64,000 nt of DNA from an uncultured Candidatus Saccharibacteria bacterium. Its GTDB lineage: Bacteria; Patescibacteriota; Dojkabacteria; SC72. This document shows positions 1 through 9,406 of the stretch, in pieces. The position numbers and the translations under genes were made by a program. Below the pieces are notes generated by a model, which searched no databases, was not told where the DNA came from, and saw only the letters and a list, made by a program, of their open reading frames with translations. Each line of letters begins with the position of its first letter. The first letter of the stretch is position 1. Location of the stretch: contig CAYOME010000001.1 of NCBI GenBank assembly GCA_964405015.1, positions 165,584-229,583 on the forward strand. Direction: 5' to 3'.

Positions 1-686
1 TAAAAGCAAGAAATGAATCAATTGGTTTACACTTACATATGTACAGCAAGTTAATATCTGCAGCGGGAGTAGTTGTAAACAATACAATATCTTGGGGTAG
101 CCCAACTGGAGATGGTCATGATACACCAAATACCACATATGGATATTCCGACTACATGAAGATAATTCAATGGTCGATAAATCAATTTGAAAAATATGGC
201 TTAGGAAGACCAACGATGTTCAGAGCAGGAGGTTGGTTCATTGACGAAGAGAATCTTAAAGTACTTAATGATTTAGAATTTACACTTGATTCATCTGGTA
301 GAACAGCATATATACATGGAAGAAATCAATTAAAGGGTGAATGGAATTTAAAAAATATTACACAACCATACCAACTCAATAGCACAGATCAAAATATAAC
401 TACAAATCCTAATATGAATCTTTGGGAATATCCTAACAATGGAGGAGACTCATGGGCATATACTTCTGACAAGCTAATTCAAAGATTTAAAGACAATTAC
501 TCAGGGGGTATATCTGATCAGAAAAAAGTTGTAACATATGTAACACATCCTCACTGGTTTGACAAAGAGGGACCTAATATTGAAAATACACTTAAATATA
601 TCTCCACAATGTCATACATTAGTGATAGCGGACCAGTAATATTCATATCACTTGATAATGTACACAGAGATATCGTAAAACAATAA
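1..686 (+). CDS. polysaccharide deacetylase-like (NodB/CE4-type) protein, 5'-truncated by window edge
   Basis: Frame is open from the window start (KARNESIGLHLHM...). Motifs IGLHLH, FRAGGW, DSS and HPH are typical of the family. Confidence 0.65.
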   Translation, partial: KARNESIGLHLHMYSKLISAAGVVVNNTISWGSPTGDGHDTPNTTYGYSDYMKIIQWSINQFEKYGLGRPTMFRAGGWFIDEENLKVLNDLEFTLDSSGRTAYIHGRNQLKGEWNLKNITQPYQLNSTDQNITTNPNMNLWEYPNNGGDSWAYTSDKLIQRFKDNYSGGISDQKKVVTYVTHPHWFDKEGPNIENTLKYISTMSYISDSGPVIFISLDNVHRDIVKQ

Positions 687-690
687 GATA

Positions 691-2832
691 ATGGATCTAA
701 CAAAACTGCTCACTGAAATTAATACCTACCTTCCAGGATATGATATTAGAATTTTCTTTCTACTTTTTTTGATTTGCACATTACTTCTTAATATAGGATT
801 GCTTTTAATTAGTAGAAAGTTCACAAAAAAGATCTGGAGTTTTCTACCCTCCTTTTTACTTCTTTTAATATATCTCTCATTTCCATTCATACTTCATTTC
901 TTTGGATATACATATGAAAGATTCCTTTCTTTAGAATATTTAAGTCTTTCTTCTACCTACTTACTTTTGCTTCTCTGCGAAATACTCTTTTTAATATTTC
1001 TCTCTTTAAGGAAAGAAGTTACCAAAATATTCTTCTGGATACAGATCTCAATTTCAATTCTTTCCTTAATATTAATACTTGTAATATCTACCTTCTCTGA
1101 ATCAAAAATATCCAGTTTAGGTGCAAACAAGGAAGGGATATTAGAAGAAGCAAGTGGGGTATCCATATATTTTTCTGTACCAATGAACAAAAAAAACCTA
1201 GATATCCATATCTCTCCAGAAACAGAGATACAAATATCATATGGATATGTACTTAATTCCTCTAAATGGATTACCAGTTTCAAAGTACAACCAAAAGAAT
1301 CATTCTTACCAAATCAAAAGGTCGTAATATATACCACAGGTATTACTAGACTCTTTCCATATGGTACTAAACATGAAAACAGCCAAGAGTTCTTTACTCC
1401 AAAAACTCCAGTATTAGAACAGGTTGTACTTGGTGCAGATATTAACAATGTTCCAATTAATGAGAAAATATATATTGATCTAGATTCTAAAGATCAACAA
1501 TTTGTAGAGTGGGAACCAATATTTGAACCTGAAGTCGAGTATGAAATTAAGAGGGATAGCTCAGAAAGGGTTGAGATTGTTCCTCTTAATTTAAAACAGG
1601 GTACACAGTACAAACTTTCTCTATATCGTAATATTATCAAATACAATACACAGACTTTAGAAAAGATATCACTTGAATCGCACGAGCTTTTAAATGAATA
1701 TTCATTTAAAACAATACCTGCTCCTGGATTAACAGGGTTTAATAGGGATAACAGATATATATCTAACAAAGAACCTCTAATACTTACCTTCGAGAGTCCA
1801 TTAAAAGAAGATTCTTTAAATGGAAAGATTAATATTAATCCACAAGTAGAAGGAGATATTTCTCTCTCTGAAGATAAAAAGCAAGTTATCTTCAAACCTA
1901 AATCAGAATTTACTAAAAATACAGAATATACCGTAACCATTGGCAAGGGAATTACCAATACAATGGGAGGATATATTGAAGAAGATATTAATATTGCATT
2001 TAAAACACCTGGTTATGTAAAATTAAGTAGTTCTAGTCCATGGAATGGTGCTAAAGATATTAATATAGCTACGAAAAGTATATCCCTAACCTTTGATCAA
2101 CCAGTTAACAAAGAGAGTGTAGAAAAACTCTGGAGCATATCTCCAAGTATAAATGGTTCATTCTCTTGGAAAGATAATACGGTGTATTACACTCTTGAAG
2201 GTAATCTTGGATATGGTACTAAATATACCGTTACTCTTCCTGCAGGTGTTGTATCTATATATGGTTTAAACTCTGCTTTTCCAATATCATTTTCATTTAC
2301 TACTAAGCACGAAACAGTACGTTTGAATGTACCTCAATATTACCAAAGTGAATCATTCACTTGTAATCTTGCTGCTACAAGGATGGTACTAGCATACAAG
2401 GGTATATCTAGTTCCGAAGGAGGAATTAGAGATTCTATTGGTATAGGGGAAAATCCACTCTCCTCATGGGTCAATGGATACGGAGTTCACGCAGGTCCAA
2501 TATCTTCATATATTTCTTCAAGAGGAGTAAGTAACAGTGTAAGAAGTGGAATGAGTCTTACAAGTGCCCTACAGGAAGTTAAGGAAGGTCATCCTGTACT
2601 AGTGTATGTATACAATGGATATTCACAACCATATGGAGCATTTGAATTACCTGGGGGATTTACAGGTTACAAAGGTATGCACTCCGAAGTAATTGTAGGA
2701 TACGTAGGTAAACCAGAATCTCCAATATCTATATATACCAATGATCCATGGAGAGGACCAAGGACATATACCCCAGGAGCTTTCTTAAGTAAATGGGCAT
2801 ATCTTGGATATACAGGTATAGTGATTTACTAA
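691..2832 (+). CDS. membrane-anchored protein with Ig-like (Big_5/SbsA-like) domains and C-terminal C39-like cysteine peptidase
   Basis: About 4 N-terminal TM segments, Ig-like repeats (LTFDQPVN...YTVTL) and C39 motifs VPQYYQ, TCNLAA, HSEVIVGY, NDPW. Confidence 0.75.
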   Translation: MDLTKLLTEINTYLPGYDIRIFFLLFLICTLLLNIGLLLISRKFTKKIWSFLPSFLLLLIYLSFPFILHFFGYTYERFLSLEYLSLSSTYLLLLLCEILFLIFLSLRKEVTKIFFWIQISISILSLILILVISTFSESKISSLGANKEGILEEASGVSIYFSVPMNKKNLDIHISPETEIQISYGYVLNSSKWITSFKVQPKESFLPNQKVVIYTTGITRLFPYGTKHENSQEFFTPKTPVLEQVVLGADINNVPINEKIYIDLDSKDQQFVEWEPIFEPEVEYEIKRDSSERVEIVPLNLKQGTQYKLSLYRNIIKYNTQTLEKISLESHELLNEYSFKTIPAPGLTGFNRDNRYISNKEPLILTFESPLKEDSLNGKININPQVEGDISLSEDKKQVIFKPKSEFTKNTEYTVTIGKGITNTMGGYIEEDINIAFKTPGYVKLSSSSPWNGAKDINIATKSISLTFDQPVNKESVEKLWSISPSINGSFSWKDNTVYYTLEGNLGYGTKYTVTLPAGVVSIYGLNSAFPISFSFTTKHETVRLNVPQYYQSESFTCNLAATRMVLAYKGISSSEGGIRDSIGIGENPLSSWVNGYGVHAGPISSYISSRGVSNSVRSGMSLTSALQEVKEGHPVLVYVYNGYSQPYGAFELPGGFTGYKGMHSEVIVGYVGKPESPISIYTNDPWRGPRTYTPGAFLSKWAYLGYTGIVIY

Positions 2833-2838
2833 GATATC

Positions 2839-2867
2839 TTGCAAATATACCCAAACTATCTTAAAAT
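2839..2867 (+). promoter_or_regulatory. sigma70-type promoter for tRNA-Leu
   Basis: TTGCAA-17 nt-TAAAAT just upstream of the tRNA. Confidence 0.6.
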
Positions 2868-2878
2868 TCACCATCCAT

Positions 2879-2962
2879 GCCGAGATGGCGGAACAGGCAG
2901 ACGCGCGGGACTTAAAATCCCGTTCTAGAAATAGAGTGGGGGTTCGATTCCCCCTCTCGGCA
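2879..2962 (+). tRNA. tRNA-Leu (TAA)
   Basis: Acceptor stem GCCGAGA/TCTCGGC, anticodon arm CGGGA-CTTAAAA-TCCCG, long variable arm, T arm GGGGG-TTCGATT-CCCCC. CCA is not encoded. Confidence 0.95.
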
Positions 2963-3021
2963 GATATCCCTTTAAAATAGTACTTCTTTGATATATAATC
3001 TTCTCAGTTAATTGACTATGT

Positions 3022-3393
3022 ATGATAATGAGCGAAATCACTGAGATCAAAAGAGAAGTCCAAGAAGAAATAATCGGAAGATATTTACGATCGATTGATA
3101 GAGAAGACCTCGTGATTCCACCAACGGAAGGCTGGGCAATACTTGAGGGAGAAGCGATTGCCGCCTATTATTGTAGAGATGGTATTCACAAATTTATCAG
3201 AGGTGAAAAAGTTGTTATCCTTGCCCATAATAGTATTGTATTTGAGATAATATCAAATATATATCCCCATGTAGTCGATGATGAAAAAGTTGGAGAAATT
3301 TGCTTAGTTCAATCCACTGCAACCTGGGATCCATATAAAGAATATCCAGAGACAGAAAATAAAGAATTTTTAGAGATACCAAGAGATTTTTAA
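3022..3393 (+). CDS. hypothetical protein (paralog of next ORF)
   Basis: 123-aa ORF sharing a VDD.KVGEICLV motif with 3396..3746. Confidence 0.7.
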   Translation: MIMSEITEIKREVQEEIIGRYLRSIDREDLVIPPTEGWAILEGEAIAAYYCRDGIHKFIRGEKVVILAHNSIVFEIISNIYPHVVDDEKVGEICLVQSTATWDPYKEYPETENKEFLEIPRDF

Positions 3394-3395
3394 TA

Positions 3396-3746
3396 ATGAC
3401 AGATCCTACTCAAAGTACAATATTCAATACAGAAGAATCTTCCATTGACCCTATTAAAGCTCATATCCTCGACCATTTTCTAGCTGGAATAAATGAAGGA
3501 AACAGCCCTATCCCTGAAGGAGAAAATTGGGCATATGTACCAATAACAGAATATGGTATAGGTTTTCATTATACTACAGAGACAACAGTTACATACCAAA
3601 ATTCAGATAACCCTACAGAAACTTTGTTGACAATGCCAGATGGAAGTACATGGATAGTATTCTCTGAGATAATTCCTAATATCGTTGATGATGTAAAAGT
3701 AGGTGAAATATGCTTAGTAATTAGCAATGATCTTAAAAGAAGATAG
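3396..3746 (+). CDS. hypothetical protein (paralog of previous ORF)
   Basis: 116-aa ORF starting 2 nt after the previous stop, with the shared motif. Confidence 0.7.
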   Translation: MTDPTQSTIFNTEESSIDPIKAHILDHFLAGINEGNSPIPEGENWAYVPITEYGIGFHYTTETTVTYQNSDNPTETLLTMPDGSTWIVFSEIIPNIVDDVKVGEICLVISNDLKRR

Positions 3747-3749
3747 CTA

Positions 3750-3995
3750 CTAATCAGCATCCTCAAATAAATCTGGATTTTCATTACCACACTTAGGACA
3801 CTTCTTTAACTCCTTTACACCCTCATAAAGATAACCACAATTTAAACACTTCCATCTTAACCACCTGCTATCTAAATCCTCTGGATTACCATCATTACTC
3901 TGTTGAGGTGTATTAACAGGTGATACATGCTCTGTAGGATCTACAGTAGTAGTATCATCATTAATATTTGTATTACTCTTTGATATATCCTCCAT
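3750..3995 (-). CDS. small rubredoxin-like (CxxC...CPxC) protein
   Basis: WKCLNCGYLYEG...KCPKCG after a disordered N-terminus. Confidence 0.7.
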   Translation of the reverse strand: MEDISKSNTNINDDTTTVDPTEHVSPVNTPQQSNDGNPEDLDSRWLRWKCLNCGYLYEGVKELKKCPKCGNENPDLFEDAD

Positions 3996-4563
3996 CCTTT
4001 AATTTCTCTAAAATTAAATTAAAAGTCTCTTCCTCATTAAGATTTGAAGTATCCAAAACGATATCGTAGTAATCTAAAGGACGACCATATTTAACACCAT
4101 ACAACCTCATATATTTCTCCATATCAATCTTGTATCTTCTCTTAAGATCTCTTTTAACCTTCCAATTACTAAATATATTAGGCTTAATATTCTCTTTTAA
4201 CAACATCCTTTTAACTCTAGTATTCATATTACTCTCCAACCAAATACTCGCGGTATGATCAATACCCTCATTTTTAGCTATTGCTCCAAAGACCTTACTC
4301 TCTATCAATACATTCCCTTTCTTTGCATACTCTCTAAGTAATTGATCAATCTCTAAATCTAAGGAATTACCACCATTAGAAGATTCTTGTAAAAACTCTT
4401 CAAAAGACTCAATCTCTTCCTTCTTTGCTTCCTTTCTAAAAAGATCTCCAGCATATATACGAGGAATATTAAAATGCTTAGCTAACATATTAGAAATAGT
4501 GGAACTACCTGATCCACCAGGACCTCCTACAATTAACAAAATACCTTTACTTTTTTGTTTCAT
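3973..4563 (-). CDS. cmk: cytidylate kinase-like (archaeal-type Cmk family)
   Basis: P-loop GGPGGSGSST, AGDLFR, YDIVLDTS. Confidence 0.75.
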   Translation of the reverse strand: MKQKSKGILLIVGGPGGSGSSTISNMLAKHFNIPRIYAGDLFRKEAKKEEIESFEEFLQESSNGGNSLDLEIDQLLREYAKKGNVLIESKVFGAIAKNEGIDHTASIWLESNMNTRVKRMLLKENIKPNIFSNWKVKRDLKRRYKIDMEKYMRLYGVKYGRPLDYYDIVLDTSNLNEEETFNLILEKLKDGGYIKE

Positions 4564-4595
4564 ATATGAATATATAGTATATTAGTATACGAACA

Positions 4596-5780
4596 ATGTC
4601 GAGAAAAATACTCAAAAGAAGAACACAAAACAGTGATAGAAAATCTCCAGATAAAGGGATTCTTGTATTCCTGTTAATAATGGCAATCTTTGGAGCTATA
4701 ATGATATACGACGCTAGTGTATATCAAGCAAATCAAATATTTAAAGACCAATTTTACTTCCTTAAATCTCAACTAATATGGCTCGTATTAGGAAGCATTC
4801 CAGCATTCATCTTTTACATAATTGATTACAGGAAATTACTCAAACTAGCTTTACCAGCATTAATAGTTACAATCGTACTATTAATTCTTGTATTAATATT
4901 CGGAGACGCTATTAATGGCTCCAAAAGATGGTTTCAGATAGGGCCACTACCACCAATACAACCAGCTGAATTTGCAAAGATAGTAATTGTCATGTACCTA
5001 GCTAGTTGGTTAGCTAAAAAGGATTACAAATATACAAAATTTGAAGAAGCTCTTAAAAAAGGATTCCTTAGTAACCTACTAGGATTTCTTGCAATACTTG
5101 GTACAGTTGCGATATTAGTACTCCTAGAACCAGATTTGGGAACTACAATGATAATTTGTGTTACTGCGTTTGGAATGTTCTTTGTTTCAGGTAAAGACAA
5201 AGCACATACAGTAGGATCCCTTGGGGTATTACTTCTTTTCGTTCCAATAGCGATATTAGCCGCAATACTTGAACCATATAGGTTAAAGAGGGTTCAAACA
5301 TTTCTTAACTTAATGCTAACAGGTGAAGTAGCAGATCCAAGAGGAACAGGATATCAAATGCAACAAATATTGATAGGTATAGGATCTGGTGGATTCTGGG
5401 GTAAAGGGTTTGGTCAATCAAGACAAAGATTTGGATATTTAGTAGAAAACACAGCCTTTACCGATTCAATCTTTGCGGTGGTATTAGAAGAACTAGGACT
5501 CTGGGGAGGAGCGATAATTGTATTTTCATGGATATTCTTCCTCTGGAGAGGTTTTAAAATCGCTATGAATGCAATAGACAAAGAAGGACAATTACTTGCA
5601 ACAGGTATTACAATATGGCTAACATGCCAAGCTTTCTTTAATATGGCTGCTAATGTAGGATTAATACCACTAACAGGAATACCACTACCATTCCTAACAT
5701 ATGGTGGATCTAGTACAATAGTGACATTGATAGCCTTTGGACTTCTTTTAAATGTCAGTAGATATGCAAAAAATACATAA
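4596..5780 (+). CDS. ftsW: SEDS peptidoglycan polymerase FtsW
   Basis: GSKRW, QPAEFAK, EPDLGT, TDSIF..V.EELG, PLTGIPLPF.YGGSS; adjacent to murG. Confidence 0.93.
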   Translation: MSRKILKRRTQNSDRKSPDKGILVFLLIMAIFGAIMIYDASVYQANQIFKDQFYFLKSQLIWLVLGSIPAFIFYIIDYRKLLKLALPALIVTIVLLILVLIFGDAINGSKRWFQIGPLPPIQPAEFAKIVIVMYLASWLAKKDYKYTKFEEALKKGFLSNLLGFLAILGTVAILVLLEPDLGTTMIICVTAFGMFFVSGKDKAHTVGSLGVLLLFVPIAILAAILEPYRLKRVQTFLNLMLTGEVADPRGTGYQMQQILIGIGSGGFWGKGFGQSRQRFGYLVENTAFTDSIFAVVLEELGLWGGAIIVFSWIFFLWRGFKIAMNAIDKEGQLLATGITIWLTCQAFFNMAANVGLIPLTGIPLPFLTYGGSSTIVTLIAFGLLLNVSRYAKNT

Positions 5781-6960
5781 CAAGAAAATATTAATAACTG
5801 GTGGTGGAAGTGGAGGACACCTTTCTAGTGCCAATGCATTAATAGATTCGCTTCTTAATGATTACATGTTTTCTCCTGAAAACATAATATACGTTGGAGG
5901 TGATTTAGGAATGGAAGGAGAGAAACCTGGAAATTCTCTTGAGCAAAAACAAATGATAAACAAACCGTACAAGGTATATTTCATAAGGGCAGGTAAATTA
6001 CAAAGAAGAATATCCTTTAATTCAATCCGATTGCTACTTAGAACAATATTAGGTTTTGTAGATAGTTCAAAGATATTTTTGAAAGAGAAACCCGACCTTG
6101 TCATATCAACAGGAGGTTTTGTATCCGTACCAGTATGTATATTAAGTTGGATACACAAAACCCCAATATTCCTACATGAACAAACTGCATCAGTAGGGCT
6201 TGCAAACAAAATAGTTGGTAAAATATCTAAAAAAATATATGTTTCTTTCAAAGACTCTCTTAAATATTTTCCACCATCGAAAGTACTGCATGTGGGAAAC
6301 AATATTAGAAAAACAATATTTATGAAAGAAGTTACAGGAGATACAAACAAGGATATTGTTGAAATCTTCAAACAATCAAAAGAGTATCCTGTCATATATC
6401 TCTCTGGAGGTAGTCTAGGATCACATACACTTAATCAAAAGGTTCTCTCATCATTAGGTGATATCGTGAAAGAATATTGCGTAATACTTCAAACAGGTGA
6501 TAATCAACAAACAAATGATTTTGAATATGCCGTTGGGAAGAAATTTGAATTAGAAAAAGATCTTGCTAAAAGATTCCTACCTGTTAAATATGTAGATCAA
6601 GAAAGTATAGGATATGTCCTTAACAATATGCATTTGTTCATTGGTAGATCAGGAGCAAATACGGTATATGAGATAGGGGTGTTAAAAAAACATGCCCTCT
6701 TTGTCCCAATCCCCTGGGTTACTCATAATGAACAATATTTAAATGCTAAAGTTTTAGAAAATGTTGGTACAGCTAAAATACTGGAAGAGAAGTACTTAGA
6801 GAGTACAAATATGCTTGAAGAAATTAAAAGATTTGAAGAGCAAATTAAATTAAGAGATATCGATTACAAGAAATTGGACGAGCTCTTTCCAATGAATGCT
6901 ACATCTAAAATGTTAGATGATATCTTTAAAAATGAAGATAGAGGAGAACAAAAGTCTTAA
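5764..6960 (+). CDS. murG: MurG N-acetylglucosaminyltransferase
   Basis: TGGGSGGH, GGFVS.P, HEQ, GGSLGS, RSGANT, EQ.LNA. Start chosen at the second Met. Confidence 0.92.
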   Translation: MQKIHNKKILITGGGSGGHLSSANALIDSLLNDYMFSPENIIYVGGDLGMEGEKPGNSLEQKQMINKPYKVYFIRAGKLQRRISFNSIRLLLRTILGFVDSSKIFLKEKPDLVISTGGFVSVPVCILSWIHKTPIFLHEQTASVGLANKIVGKISKKIYVSFKDSLKYFPPSKVLHVGNNIRKTIFMKEVTGDTNKDIVEIFKQSKEYPVIYLSGGSLGSHTLNQKVLSSLGDIVKEYCVILQTGDNQQTNDFEYAVGKKFELEKDLAKRFLPVKYVDQESIGYVLNNMHLFIGRSGANTVYEIGVLKKHALFVPIPWVTHNEQYLNAKVLENVGTAKILEEKYLESTNMLEEIKRFEEQIKLRDIDYKKLDELFPMNATSKMLDDIFKNEDRGEQKS

Positions 6961-7519
6961 AGAGTATAATCAATTTGGCATTGATGTAAAGGCAAAATAC
7001 TTTGTAACAATATCCAATATTGAACAACTTAAGGATGTACTTACTTCAGAATATTCGAAAGGGAATGTCTTAATTTTGGGAGAAGGTAACAATATTCTCT
7101 TTACAAAAGATTTCGAGGGCCTAGTAATTCAACCAAATATTAAAGGGAAAAAGATCATAGAGGAAAATAATGAAAATATCTTTGTAGAAGTGTCATGTGG
7201 AGAGAATTGGGATGATTTCGTTAAATGGGCAGTAGAGAACCACTACCAAGGAATTGAAAACCTCATCTTAATTCCAAGCAGTATTGGTGGAGCTGTATCT
7301 CAAAATATTGCGGCATATGGTCAAAACATAATGGATGTTGTTACAAAGGTATATGCTACTGAAATAGCTACTGGAAAAGAAAAGATCTTCGAATATGAAG
7401 AATGTGAGTTTAGATACAGAGAAAGCATCATTAAAGATGCGGACAGTATTAAGAGAGCACATCCTCATTTTGTAGAAAATCTACAAAAGCTTGGTGCAAA
7501 TATAGAGTGGGTTGATTAA
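6932..7519 (+). pseudogene. murB: truncated MurB (FAD-binding N-terminal half) fused in-frame to a MurA-like C-terminal tail
   Basis: MurB motifs LGEGNNILF, GIENLILIP, QNIAAYG and CEFRYRES are followed abruptly by IIKDADSIKRAHPHFVENLQKLGANIEW, which resembles the last ~30 aa of MurA. The MurB C-terminal domain is absent. Confidence 0.7.
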
Positions 7520-7677
7520 ACTACACAGGAATGTATAAGTAGCTTATATAAGCCTTCTTTTTTGTTTGTACATATATTCCCCCTATCAGGTATAAACACT
7601 TTTTTGTGAACACTGAATAAATATCTCCATAGATAAATGATTTTACTTAATAAGAAATACCTTGTAGTATTTCTCTC

Positions 7678-7706
7678 TTGACCACATTCGTACCAAATGA
7701 TACATT
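7678..7706 (+). promoter_or_regulatory. mraZ/dcw operon promoter
   Basis: TTGACC-17 nt-TACATT with TGn extension. Confidence 0.7.
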
Positions 7707-7707
7707 A

Positions 7708-7737
7708 ATGGCAGGAAGTGGTAAAAAGTGGTGAAAG
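7708..7737 (+). promoter_or_regulatory. MraZ-binding direct repeats
   Basis: Three 10-nt-period units ATGGCAGGAA/GTGGTAAAAA/GTGGTGAAAG between the promoter and mraZ, matching the known GTGG-repeat operator architecture. Confidence 0.75.
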
Positions 7738-7754
7738 ATGATATACATATAAAT

Positions 7755-8192
7755 ATGATAATTGGAGAATACAGAAGCAAAATAGGAGAAAAGAAAAGAG
7801 TTTCACTTCCAAAGAAATTTAGAGATGAACTAGGAGAAGAAATAATATTAACAAGAGGATATGAGGATTCATTGATAATTGTTAATAAGCAGATGTGGAG
7901 CAAAATAGCAGGGGAAGTAGTTAATGGCTCTTTTATAAACAAAAATATTCGTGATACAAGTAGATTCCTAGTAGGAGGAGCAACAGAAATCTCCATAGAT
8001 AAACAGGGTAGATTTTTAATACCAGAAGCACTCTTTGAACATGCCAATCTAAAACAAGATGTCGTATTCATAGGGTTAGTAAATTGGATAGAGGTATGGG
8101 ATAAAGAGAAATGGGATGAAAGATTACAATACCTTAAATCTAATGGAGAAGAGATTGCTAACGAATTAAGTAAGATGGAAGAGAAGAAATAA
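7755..8192 (+). CDS. mraZ: transcriptional regulator MraZ
   Basis: MIIGEY...KKRVSLP.KFR, DKQGRFLIP, IEVWD; directly upstream of rsmH. Confidence 0.93.
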   Translation: MIIGEYRSKIGEKKRVSLPKKFRDELGEEIILTRGYEDSLIIVNKQMWSKIAGEVVNGSFINKNIRDTSRFLVGGATEISIDKQGRFLIPEALFEHANLKQDVVFIGLVNWIEVWDKEKWDERLQYLKSNGEEIANELSKMEEKK

Positions 8193-9079
8193 TGGAGAAA
8201 ATACACGTACCAGTACTACTAAAAGAAACAATAGACTCATTAAATATATCACCAAGTGGATTTTACATAGACTGTACCCTTGGAGATGGAGGACATAGCT
8301 TTGAAATATACTCCAGACTTAATAGCGACGGACTACTACTTAGTATTGATCAAGATCAACATGCAATTGATTTTGTAAATGAATACTACAAGGGAAAGAT
8401 TGGAGAAAATTGGAAGATCGAAAGAAGTAATTTCTCAAAAATATCCCAAGTAGCTAATAAATATGAAAGAAAAGCAGATGGAATCTTAATGGATTTAGGT
8501 CTTTCATCGAGACAACTAGAAGAATCGTACAACAGGGGCTTTAGCTATTTAGAAGATGACGAACCACTAGATATGAGAATGGATGAAAATCTTGGTGTTA
8601 AGGCTAAGGACTTGCTAATTGTATTACCAGAGAAAGAATTAACAAGACTTTTCTTAACCTATGGAGAGGAAAGATTTGCAAGAAAAATAGCAGTTGAGAT
8701 TAAGAAAAATATTACGAATATAAACACGGTTGGAGATCTTACAAGACTTGTCTATAGAGTTGTGCCGGCAGCTCATCAAAGTTCTAAGAACCCATCCCGC
8801 AGGGTCTTTCAGGCCCTGCGGATTGCGGTAAACGATGAACTTAATAGCCTAAAGGATGGTCTAGACAATTCCTTTGAGATCTTAAACACAAATGGTCGGA
8901 TATCAGTGATAACCTTCCATTCATTAGAAGATCGAATTGTTAAAGAATACTTTAACAATATTGTAGATAGCGGAAGAGGGATTCTTCTTTACGAAAATAT
9001 AATAGCCCCAACCGACATAGAGATAGAGGAGAATCCTAGATCCGCATCTGCAAAATTAAGAACAGTAATTAAAAAATAA
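8192..9079 (+). CDS. rsmH: 16S rRNA m4C1402 methyltransferase RsmH
   Basis: HVPVLL.E, DCTLG.GGHS, DLGLSS.QL, FQALRIAVNDEL, ITFHSLEDR, NPRSASAKLR. Confidence 0.96.
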   Translation: MEKIHVPVLLKETIDSLNISPSGFYIDCTLGDGGHSFEIYSRLNSDGLLLSIDQDQHAIDFVNEYYKGKIGENWKIERSNFSKISQVANKYERKADGILMDLGLSSRQLEESYNRGFSYLEDDEPLDMRMDENLGVKAKDLLIVLPEKELTRLFLTYGEERFARKIAVEIKKNITNINTVGDLTRLVYRVVPAAHQSSKNPSRRVFQALRIAVNDELNSLKDGLDNSFEILNTNGRISVITFHSLEDRIVKEYFNNIVDSGRGILLYENIIAPTDIEIEENPRSASAKLRTVIKK

Positions 9080-9097
9080 TATATACTAACTGCCCAA

Positions 9098-9406
9098 ATG
9101 AATAGCACTAGAAAAACAAATATTACAACTAAGATATTCATTCTAACCCTTTTACTTTTTGGTATTTCCCAATTAGTAATGAATTCAGTTTTAACCCCAC
9201 TAGGTGTTAAATTACAATCCCTAAACACAGAGAAAGAGCACCTACTTGAAGAGAATAGAGGGATATCAGAAGAGATAGCAAAAAACAGCTCCATTAGAGT
9301 AATTGAAAACCTCTCAGAGAAGAAATTAGATATTACTCAGGACAAACAACAAACAGTAGTATATATTGAAGACACTACACTTGTTGCTAATAGAAATAAT
9401 GAGTAA
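9098..9406 (+). CDS. ftsL: FtsL-like cell division protein
   Basis: Single TM plus coiled coil, located between rsmH and ftsI (synteny). Confidence 0.6.
   Translation: MNSTRKTNITTKIFILTLLLFGISQLVMNSVLTPLGVKLQSLNTEKEHLLEENRGISEEIAKNSSIRVIENLSEKKLDITQDKQQTVVYIEDTTLVANRNNE

Noticed and set aside
4500-4530. Cmk P-loop lacking Lys (GSGSST)
   Set aside because: Ser/Thr at this position occurs in archaeal-type Cmk family members, so it is not good evidence of inactivation.
7534-7563. Overlapping TATAAG/CTTATA hairpins after the murB chimera as a third attenuator
   Set aside because: Stems are short and almost all A-T; this could be a weak terminator or chance.
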